A DNA stretch of 64,000 bases from Lama glama. Taxonomy: Eukaryota. The stretch covers positions 29,204,001 to 29,268,000 of the forward strand of contig CM052818.1 of NCBI GenBank assembly GCA_028534125.1, read 5' to 3'. Shown piece after piece: positions 53,526 through 64,000 of this stretch. The translations under genes were made by a program, and so were the position numbers. Numbering within the stretch: the stretch's first letter is position 1; the number at the start of each line of letters is the position of its first letter. Below the pieces are notes generated by a model. It saw only the letters and a list, made by a program, of their open reading frames with translations. It was not told the origin of the DNA and ran no database searches.

Positions 53526-54147
53526 ACTTTTAAATGGTTCTCAGAAAGATCTAAATGCTTTAGAAGGGCAAACACTACCTTTAACCATCTGGAACTATCT
53601 TACCTTTTGAGCCTTTTCTCTAGTTCCTCCTCCAACATGTAGCCTGTGATTCAGCTCTGCCAAGTTACATGTTACTCCTGGAAAGGAATCTTTCAAAATA
53701 CAGATATTTCTTTCTTTTTAAACAATGGCTACATATCCTTTTATACCCAGTTCAAATGTCACTAACCTTAAGGAACCTTCCCTGACTCATCCTGTTATGG
53801 TCACCTTCTTCCCCCGACTTCCATGGAACTCTGTACAAATTTCTCTTGTAGAACAAATATTTTTGTGTTGTAAGGTAATCGGCATAATATTTTAAAAATC
53901 AGTATGCTTAACTAGGTGGCAATAAGGTAAAGTCTATGCCACTATTTATGTTTGTGCAATATGCAGTGCAAAGCATATGTTTAAAAATATTTGCCAAATG
54001 AATCATAGGAAAATATATTTTGGATTTTTTCTTTTATTTTTTTTTAATCCAAATATGAGTTCTGACTTCACATAAGGGGGTCCCATAAACTAGAATGTAC
54101 TTACTGAGGTTTTGATAACTTTGGACTGAGTGAAATTTCCAAATCTG

Positions 54148-54180
54148 AGGATTACAACTCTACCAAGGATTACAACTCTA
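54148..54180. repeat. Short tandem duplication (period 18)
   Basis: aggattacaactcta at 54148 and 54166. Confidence 0.85.
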
Positions 54181-55494
54181 AACATGTTTAATCTTCCAAA
54201 TATCTTAGCCTCCCTTCCACAAGCTTAATGTGAGAGAGTATTCCAAGTAGTAGCAAAATTTTATGCATGACACATTTCTCAGTCATCCTTGTAGCTGAAA
54301 AGATAAGGCCTCAATGCTTACACAGCAATACCATCACTGGCGTAAGTCAATCAAAGGCTCTGCACCTTCCAAAGAAGAGTTTGAAGGTAGCATTTCTTCC
54401 AGAAAATAGAGAGTTAAAGTAGCATAAAGATATGTTCCACTGGTTCTGTGTCATTCAAGGTCTGTTCAGCCCTTCTATCTATTTGTAATCATGGCCCCAA
54501 GTAACAATTCATGGAATGAGTATAATTGCCCCTCTTGGTGTTAATATTATGTCACTTCTTGTAAAAACCAAATATATAAAGCAAACTGTCACTGCTAGCT
54601 AATCAGCCAGGTCCTACAGTCTAGATCCTTTTTATACCTGTCATCATCTGAGATAGTATAATGATTTTTGAGTGTTCCAGTTGCTTAGCTCTGCAAGGGA
54701 ACCCTGCCCAAGGTGCAGAGCCCAACAGTTGAGAGGCCTCCTCAACGAAGGAAACAGGATGAGACTGCAGGATACAATCTTGAATCCAGCATCCTAAGAT
54801 GTTTCTTTGTCCTGCAGCATGGACATTTCTTTCTAGTGGAAATAACAAGAAGAGCAAAATCGGACCTCACAGAATGGCTGCCCTTTCCATAGTGAGCATG
54901 TTTTTGACATAAACACAGTGAGAAACCATGCAATGAATGGAAAAGGCATACACTTTGTTTCCAGAAAGACCAGGACCAGAACTCTGGCTTTACCACTCGC
55001 CACCTTGCTACCTTGTGCAAGATGCTCAACCTCCCTGAAATTTAGTTTTTTCTTCTGTAAGAGAGCAATAATGTTTAACTCTGGGTGTTGTGCAAATAAA
55101 CTCAGTTTCTCTCTTCTCCCAGTAGAAGATTTAGTTTAAATGCCTGCTATAGAAGGAAACTAGAAGAGACTGATTGATCTTATAATCAGAGTGAAGTGAC
55201 TGAGGACAGAAAGAGACCTCAGAGGAATCTGGAGCACCACCATTCATTTTGAGGCTCTATCCTTGCCATAAAAAAATAATGATCTCTAAAGCATTCTGTC
55301 AACTCATAGGATTTTGAATAGCAGTCATTCCATGCGTAAATGAAATACTTTCTACTTTTAAAAAGCAGAACTGTGAGTGGGGCAGAATCCAAAGTTCAGT
55401 CAAATTGAATTCATGGTATGAGTTTTCCAGAACCAAATATGGAAAGTATACTCAGTTCTTCTATTTTAGAACTGTTTTAAATTCTTGAGTAGTT

Positions 55495-55556
55495 TATGAG
55501 CTCCAGAAACCTATATTAACTGGAGTATGAGCTCTAGAAATCTATATTAACTGGAG
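55495..55556. repeat. Tandem duplication, 31 bp x2
   Basis: tatgagctcYagaaaYctatattaactggag twice, 2 mismatches. Confidence 0.9.
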
Positions 55557-55660
55557 TTTGAGAACTATCATTTTTGATAGTCATAGGGCAAGTTGTTAGA
55601 GTGTGGCTGGAAAATGACATTTGTTCTTCCTAGCTCCTTGATCCCAGGTCTAAAGAGTTC

Positions 55661-55706
55661 CAGAAATTGACACATTGTAAACTGACTATACTTCAATTAA
55701 AAAAAA
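55661..55706 (+). mobile_element. About 45-bp L1 3'-terminal insertion
   Basis: cagaaattgacacattgtaaactgactatacttcaatt plus A-tail; TSD-like aaagagttc / aaaaagttc. Confidence 0.75.
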
Positions 55707-58700
55707 GTTCTGCAAAATCAGAATGGTTTCACGGTGTGTCAGTTTCTAAAAAGAAATCCCTAAGTGGAACCTTCTCAAAGTGAACTTAAGTAGAAAACTC
55801 CAGGAAAACTCGGTTCAGCCCATGTTGAATTGTTGGATGAAAGGAAAAATATTACTTTCTCAAAACAAAACAGAGGTGTGACTAACATTTTTTTCTTCTT
55901 CTTTTTTTAATGTGGAGTCTAATTCTATGGTCAGTTGATGGCCTCTTTGCCTGAGTTGTTCTTCCTTTCAGCCAGTTCATCAGTTGCTAAGGTCTCTACC
56001 ACAAATACTTCAGAGAGGGAAAAGAGAAGCAATTAAAATCACTTACATTCAAGTGCATTTACTTGTCTGCGATATTTGAAATAATTCAGCAAAGTGGGGA
56101 CTAAAATGAAGTTCTGTAATTAACATGGAAGAAGTTCACAGTTATTCTCCCCTACTAGTTCTCTATCAAAGACTATCTGGAACACATTAGAAGATGAAAC
56201 TCTGAGTGCACTTACAATAATACAGCAAACCAATGGCATAATGATCTATGCGAGGGTGTTGGAACGTTTTTTGAGGTGGCAACAAGTTCACCTAAACCAA
56301 TACAAAGTGAAGTATGAAGACAGGGCAGCTGTTGGCAAATAGAGAAGCCTTCAGAAAATAAAACTTAACAGTTTGATCGCATAGAAACTAAAAGATACTG
56401 AGATATCTGCAGCCACATAAATCATTGGTGTATTGAGTTGAAATCTCCACTTATAATAGGGGCATTCAAATTCCTTTAACCCATTTCATCTTTTTCTTTC
56501 TAAAAAGTTTTTTCTTTCCCTTTTCGTTCTCTTGAAAGGTACAGAAAATTCTGATTATTGCACTGTAGTGCCTAAGGAAAATGCTCTTTGAGGCGGTTCA
56601 TGTTTTTCAGGATTTTTTAAATTTGAAGAAGGCTACCTTTCACATCCATACTCAAGGCTATTTTAGAAAGAACCGCTTATAAGCACTGTTATTGTCATAA
56701 AGCTGTTCACTAGTTTCTCCCTCTCTGCTGCCTCTAAGCCCTAGCCATCACATTCTACAGCTGCACTATAAGTCAGGAATCACACACTGTCAGTTTTAGG
56801 ACGTTGCCGACAGGCTGATTATGCGGTTATACAATGAACTGGATTGCTATAACAGAAAATTGACTAGTAGTGAAGATTATCAGTTACTCTAGCAAGCTAA
56901 GAGTCAGTTGTGGGAATATAATTTTGCAGAGGGAGATGGTCACAGGGACCCTGTTCCTGCTTGTCAGTACACTATTTCCCATGGGAATAAAGTTACTGTA
57001 ACCAGTAAGAACCTCCAAGAATGCTGATGGTTTTGTTGAGTAAGAGGAATGCATAGTGGACAGCAGACTACATTTTTTAAAATCTCAAACAACAGGATCC
57101 CTTCTAAAGCCGAATATTACATCCTGCCTTAGCTGGTATGACTCCAACTTAACCACACTGGGTCTGCAGGTTAGGAAAATGACCAGTAAGTTCCTTTAAA
57201 AATACTACCCAAAGCAAATACTACTGTGTCTGTAACTAAGCTGACCCTGTTTCTGAAGCCAAATATCCAAAGGCTTTGGAAATATCATCACTGACATATG
57301 TGAGATGGCATATCATGAATCAGTGATCCATTTACCTTTCACCCATGAGAAGATAACACAAATTATAGCACTTTGATCACAAAGAGCAACTCCACAGATA
57401 TTATTCAGAGTCAGAAGACTGGGGACTTAGTTGAGCTTTGTTAGTTACTGGTCCCCTGATCATGGACAAGTCACTTTCTCTCATTCTTGGCTTCCTCTCT
57501 GGAAACAATGGTGGTGGTGTCGTCCTTCTTTCATTGGACTGTGGCAAAGTGCAAGAAAGTGCCTTATACTGGAAAGTTTCCATAAACACACAGGAGTTTA
57601 TCTTAACACTGTGGATGGGCTCAGAAAAGATGAAAGCACAGCGAACCTACATACACACCATGGACTGCAGAGGTACGACTATGCTCATGTTGAAACAACG
57701 ACGACAACAAAAATTCAGACTTTCAAATCCATAAAACAGTGAGACTGTGACTCACAAACAGCTGAACAACTCCAGGGACTGCAAATGAGCAATCAACACA
57801 AAGAGAAAGTGGGACCCAAGGGGGTTAACTCTTTGGGAACAGTTTTTTTGAGAAAACAGAGAAACAAAACAAGCACTACATCACAAAATTTATTTCCTTA
57901 TCCTAAAAGGTCCCAAGTAAATCGTCCCTTTATTTTGCTCCAGACCAGCTCTGGAGTATGATTTGTGGACTATGCTATGGGTCCATCTTACACATCTCCA
58001 TGTAACACCCACTGGACCACGCCAATTGCTATGGAAATAACCAATTCCCAGCAAGAACTGGAGGTAATTTCCAGTGTTTCTGGGTTGGAAGACTAAATTG
58101 CTGATTACTCTTGAGTTGGGCTTAGGTTTAGAAGCATCAGGCAGGTGAGAAGTAGATTAAAAAGTCCCTCCTCTTGTTATAAATAGCTTGATCTTCAAAA
58201 TGTGTTATCTTGTTATAACAGCCTTGAAAAAACATTGACAAGTTTCTCAAAGACATGCATGAATGGTCCGCTTACTTAACTTTCCTCTGATTAACCAGAA
58301 CGCCCTTCTGTTACTTACTCAGTACTCTTTCTCATCCCCAGCCCTCACTTTGTCATTTAACCCCATGGAGGAACACAGAGAGCCAAATTAAACTTTTAGA
58401 AGAGTTCAAGAGGTAGGTTTGTCTCAGGGCTCTGTCTCTGATGACCCAGGAAGCCTGCAGCTTCGTGGCCCACAAGTGAGAAGGTCAGTCTTGAGATACG
58501 GGGCAGATGTGTGGAGAAGTGTGCACCCGCGCAAAGGCAGGTGCAGGCAGCATCCTGGTCAGCAAAGAAAAGTCCACCTCTCCTCCCTCTTCCCACACCC
58601 AGTCCCCTGGTTGGGAGCCTCCCTCACAGCTCAGAACAAACGGAGGAAACAGAGGGAAGGATTGTGTTGCTTCAATTCCCAAATGACGACAGCTTCCCAC

Positions 58701-59149
58701 GTTGAGCCACGCAATGAACAGGTCTGACACCAGTGTTATCACCACTAACTGGCTGTTTGGGGGTGGGGTATGGGTGGAGTGGCTGTCCTCCAAAGGAAAG
58801 GAGTGACAGGAAAAACTGAGGGAAGGGCCAGCAGGGGCAGTGAGTGCAGCGTATTGCTGGGTAATAACAAAGCTCTCAGTTGCTGTTCTGACCACGTGAG
58901 GGCCATCCGTGAACTACTCTCACGGAGACAAACATGCTGCCAGTCAGTGCTTTTATAGAGCCTGGGCTTGGACCATCACTAGGGGAAACCTCACCCTTCC
59001 TGCCGGGGATCGGAGAGCTTGAAAGGGCCATGACACACATGGTGTATCTAAACGTATTGTGTTAAAATAGTCTCATTTGCATTTCATGAGCTTTTAAGCT
59101 TCAATGTGTGGGATTAGCATATGAGCTCCACTTTTATTTTTTAATGTGT

Positions 59150-59360
59150 GCAGGTTCTGGAGTCAGATCTAGGTGTCACTTCTGCCTGAGCCCTGTGTAG
59201 TGGAGCGGCTCAGTGTCCCTGCATTTCAGTTTCTCTGTCTGTAAACTGGAATAATTGGATAAAGCACATAGCTGTACTGTGAGGATTATATGAAAATAAA
59301 AACACTTGTTTAGCACATTGTTTAGCATGGTAAGTGCACAATAAATGTTAGCTATAATGA
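59150..59360 (+). mobile_element. MIR SINE
   Basis: ttctggagtcaga...tcagtttctctgtctgtaaa...aataaatgttagctat. Confidence 0.75.
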
Positions 59361-59562
59361 TCAGTGTTAATATTACGATGGTAATAGTGGCGGAGGACTT
59401 GCGCTTTCTCTGTGAGCTCTGCCACTCACTAGCACTGAGACCCAGATAAATTTACTATGATTTCCTCATCTTTGAAATGAAGGCATTAAATCACGCATTC
59501 TAGGATTTCAATCCAGAGCTGAAAGTCTTTTGTTCTACGGACATACTACCTGTATGTAATAA

Positions 59563-59602
59563 TAATTTTTACAATCTGATATTAATTTTTACAATCTGAT
59601 AT
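59563..59602. repeat. Perfect tandem duplication, 20 bp x2
   Basis: taatttttacaatctgatat twice. Confidence 0.92.
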
Positions 59603-61350
59603 TTGAAAGTCAAGGTATCATTGGGTTTTTCAAAATAATCTGTGGGCTTTCAAAAATTCAGGATTCTTTATAATTCAAAGGTACTCTGACTGGCATCCCC
59701 CCCACCCATTTTACTGCGGGTGTCTCTGTGATTCTGGAAACACAGTTTTCCCTGAGAGTTCTTTTCCACTATCAGCCTTTGGAAAAAGTGAAACTGTACC
59801 AGAAGCAAACTCCCTGAAGACTGACCTCTGGGCAGCCGGTGCCCTGCAGTCAGACAGGGAAGTCACTGGGCCACATGCTGACCCAAGGACTTCACCCGAA
59901 TGGCATAAAGAGGAACAGAGGAGTTAGAAATGTTGTTTTCTCATTGGACATTCTAGGTCTTGTGACTACTTCTACATTTTAAGGAAAAGAAGAGGAAAAA
60001 CCTCCCAGTGCCAGACGAGCCAGGCATCTGAATCTGCTTCTGTCCCAGGCCTTTAGCTGATGTGGCACTCAAGACCAACTGTGTGAGGGGAAACCACAGC
60101 AGAACTAGCATGTCATTTTCAATCCATTCTCCATATACCTTAAGGGGTTTTGGGGGTGAAGGGAGAGCAGTGCTTCCTCTGGGCAGAGGGCAGAAATTGC
60201 AAGGAAGTTGTACAACTTGAGCCTGTATGACAATCCGTCAGTCACTTGGGGAAACAAGCACACTTCTGGGTGCCCTGGGCTTGTCACAAGAAAAATACCT
60301 GTTTGGTAAGAATTCAAATCAAAACGACCACTCTCTGCCCTCCTCAACATCCAGGCATTCCAGAAAAAGGAACTTGTTTGGTTACCTCCCCACAGTGCTC
60401 TGATGGAGGCCTGTCACTTCCAGAGGCTCACATTATCAGTTCAGGGTTCTGCCCTTTCCTCTTTTCCTTTCATCTTAAACATTCTGTCTAGTGACTACCA
60501 GGAAGGACAAAAGTCCCTGAACAGCAGCTCTGTTCCAGGGTAGTGCCTGCTCTGCGGCTTTCTTTCCCAAGAGCGAGCTCCATGACTGCTGGGTGAACCA
60601 GAGAAAGAACAAGCCCTCTCAGGTTGGGATGCCAGACCCCTCAGAGTTGATAATCCGTGTCAGGAAACACTTTTATAACCCAGATCATAAACAAGGAAGA
60701 AAGACTCTGCATCATAAAAGCATGAACTTTCCCTTTTCTAAAATAAGGAAGACCAGGGACAGCCATAAACTTTAGCTGTAAAGAAGTGAAGTTGAGTTTA
60801 CTGCGTTGAAGAAAAGAGCTATAAAATGTATCTTTCGATGAAATAGAAGGCATACCTGAAATCTAAATATGATTTCCAATCTAAATCTACGTATTGTTAG
60901 CTTTCTATATTGCACATTTTTACACGGAGTTAAATGAGATAATCTTCAAAATTGACTAGAAATGGTCAAGTCGGACATGCAATCAATTCACGAGTTATTT
61001 CTCAAAACACTATTTTCCAGTGTCAGTGGCAAAACTGGTTAAAATCAAATCTAGTCATCAACTCACTTCAGTAGTCTCTACTTTGTAACCTGAATCTTGG
61101 CTTTGAACCTAAACACCACAGACTGTAAAATGCCCCAAATAGCAGGAACTAAACTCACTTTTTCCTAGCTAGTCAAGTAACATGCCTCACTCATCCTTAA
61201 AGTTAGAAAACAACGTTGCTGAAAATAACAGGTTCTTAAAAAAAAAATCAGTAAAAAACAAATGGCTATTAGCAACAAGTACAAATAAAATACCTCCTTT
61301 AGTGCCAAAGGGAAACCAAAATCAGTTAAAAATTGTCAGTGGCTTGCAAA

Positions 61351-61371
61351 ATGTATGCGTGTGCACACGAG

Positions 61372-61403
<32 letters not shown>
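61351..61403. repeat. (GC)n(CA)n microsatellite / alternating purine-pyrimidine tract
   Basis: atgtatgcgtgtgcacacgagcgcgcgcacacac...aca. Confidence 0.95.
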
Positions 61404-63699
61404 GTTCTCCAGTTACTTACTGGGGCACTTGGTTGCAGTATTCCTCACATCAGCACCCTGCCTGTTCAGCTGCCAAGTGCAGAGCACTCTGCGAGCAGCT
61501 GTTTCCTTCAAGCCGGGGCTCTGTGTCTTAGCCAGTCACATGCACCTCCTGATAAATACCGCTGCGTGCCAAGAGGTCAGAAACTGAAGACCATTATTCT
61601 CCTAATTTGCAAACCTTCTCATAACCCCTGCACCAGCTCAGCCGTTTCATTAGCATGTAAAGCAGTACATTCCATGATTTGTTTTCTTTTTGTGACAAAA
61701 TCCAAATAGCTGATAAGTCACCCTGGAGGGCAGGTCACAGCAAGTGGAAAGTTGATGTATTTGTGTTGAGAGGGAAGGGCGGTGGGGAGGCTGGCAGTCC
61801 TGCTTTTCATCTCATTCAGGTTTTCACTGGGGCTCTTGAATAGAAAGAAGAAGGAACCCCAGACTAGTACAGCAGGTGGAAGTGGCTCCTCTTTCCAGGT
61901 GCCCCCAGACTCCATCAATCTGCCACTCTGTTGTGCTTTCATTTTCTCAGCATTCCAGTCTCCAGTTTGTTGGAAGAGACATAAGACTGAGTGCACTGTT
62001 CTGAGGGGAGACCAGCAGTCTAAGGACGCTTAGGTTTAATCTCAAAGACCATGGCTGCTATGCCCAGTGATGCTGAGGGGTAGATGTGTGAGGGGTTAAT
62101 GAAGAATATCAAGGGCAGCTTTATCTAAGAGCTAATGGAAATGACTGTAAGATCTAACTTCCGCATAGTTATGTGTTGGATTGTGTCAACATTTAGGAGC
62201 ACTGCTGGGATTATCAGCTAGGGAATGAATGGAAACAAATTATGAAATTTACAAAGCACTTAAAAAATGTGCTGCTGCCCCCTTTGGTATGCTAGGAAAT
62301 GGGATCAACCTGCTGTTTCCTGTGTTGCTCATACAAGTGGCAAACCATTCTGAATACTGTGGTGAATGCATACTTTTCACCTGAGCTGATATCCCCACCC
62401 CTTCCTCTTCATCCCTCTCTCCAAGGGAAGCCCTTAAATAATCTGATTTTGGATAGTATCTGACTTGGGTATCTGACTCCTTGTTATATAGTAAGGGTGA
62501 CACTTCCCCAAACCAGTGCCCAAGCAGGGTAGAGTGGAGGTATGACAGAGAATCAGCCCTTTTAGCAAACTGAACATCCAAAAAAAGCTTTTAAAAGGTT
62601 AAAATGTCCCAGGGGATTTCTGAACCATAATGAGCCTGTTAAACCTGTCAAATTTGATTTTTAATAAGTGAGACCTTACTCAGTAGAGGAGCCTGTGTGG
62701 GCAATCTTTCATATCTGGATTTTGTCTCACAATTATTTACAGTGTTAATCAAACCAGAAGTTTCCCTCCACACAGAAGATAATGTTTTTTCCAGAATAAA
62801 AGAAAAAGACTAAAAATCCTCAGTCTTACCATTCTTTCAGGGGATTAATGTGTTAGCAACATGTGAGAGCCCAGAGTACAAATGAAAACATTTTTGCAAG
62901 CTTCAAAACATATCCCTTTCTAAGGGTTCAAAGTTAGTAATAGAAATAAACTACAGATACCAATATACAATATGCTAAAATACATGTTACCTTCATAAAC
63001 ATTTTTCCTCATGTGTTGATGTGACAGTCCTTAATCAGATACAGAAAAGGAGGCCCACTGAGGATTTGAACTATTCTAATTGATTTATATTTTGTAAGTA
63101 CAGTAACCAAGTTTGGCGATCTTACGGCATCCATCACTTTATTTGCAATTGACTTGTTAATTGTGCTGATGATCTATTGCATACCACACAGTTAGCACAA
63201 GAGAGAAACTCTTCAGTGATCAATAGAGAAAACAGCCTCAGGAAAGGAAAACACAGAAATACGTTTCTCAGTCTGTCGTCAGAAAGGAAAGGACCGATCC
63301 TGAAACATACCTATGAAGGGAACTGTCAATGCAGACCAAGACCCAGCACCTTTCCAACAGGGTCCATGAATGTAATGAAAGGTTCTAAAATGACACCTTT
63401 CAGCCTCTCAAAGAAATGGGGAGATCCCACCTCCCTGTCCACACTGTCTACAGGCACCAGTCATTTCCTTCGACTCAGAAAGAGGTACTCTCTTTCAGTC
63501 AGAGGCCATCCACCCCCTGGGTTCGTGTCTCACCCTGCAACTCCCACGTTCAGGACCCTGCCGCCAACAACTGTGGTTTCTTTCCCTGTCTGCTCACCCT
63601 CCTCGTTATCTAAATATACTCATAGTTTTCTATGTCCTAAAAAGTAATCCTTTTTGATCCTTTGCTTCTTTAATTCCTGCCCTAACCCACTCATTCCCT

Positions 63700-64000
63700 T
63701 CAGAACCACGCTTCTGGAGAAATATTTCTTGCCTCCACCATCTTGCATTCCTTGTAAGTCTCAACCTGCTTCCAGTCTGGCGTCTCCCATCCACTTCACT
63801 GAAACTCCTTTCCCCAAGGCACTGAAGACCAAGGCTATTGGCTTTGCTTTGATTTTACTCGACTTCTCAGCTGCATTTGACCCAACTCACCAAATACTCC
63901 TTAAAATGTTCTTCTGTGATTTGTGTAAGATTTTGCTCTTACCTCCTTCAGCCTCCTATGTAGACTTTTAGTCTACTTGCCCCTTAAATGTGTAAATCCC
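63700..64000 (+). mobile_element. L2 LINE fragment
   Basis: cacttcactgaaactcct...cttctcagctgcatttgac...ccccttaaatgtg. Confidence 0.65.

Noticed and set aside
55495..55556. 31-bp direct repeats as a CRISPR-like array
   Set aside because: Two adjacent copies, no spacers, mammalian context
61182..61709. 175-aa ORF with HTHT repeat
   Set aside because: Runs through a CA microsatellite; no domain similarity or splice support
58000..64000. Main CpG-island promoter / first exon of RASGRP3
   Set aside because: No CpG island visible; probably beyond the right edge

Overview
AT-rich, repeat-rich mammalian genomic DNA. The L1 3' ends look cetartiodactyl, and I saw no Alu, B1/B2, Bov-tA, PRE1 or CAN SINEs, so a camelid is plausible (inference). 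The window holds the 5' part of RASGRP3 (RAS guanyl-releasing protein 3) on the minus strand. Ten coding exons (23053 down to 4163) splice into an intact 1278-nt / 426-codon frame covering the REM and CDC25 RasGEF domains; the EF-hand/C1 exons lie left of the window. A probable 5'UTR exon is at 26044-26181. The rest is intronic or upstream sequence with L1, L2, MIR, MaLR, hAT-type DNA-transposon relics, a decayed ERV1 provirus (LTR, PBS, gag) and a 500-N gap. Most notable: an AT-AC minor-spliceosome intron with a variant donor, hairpins on both sides of the exon before it, two uORFs (one with five in-frame AUGs), a CAGCAG tandem acceptor, an unexplained ~62-bp inverted repeat pair, and nested or atypical L1 insertions. 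I found no convincing evidence for a wholly new biological system. Repeat family names and comparisons to human RASGRP3 are from memory and were not searched.
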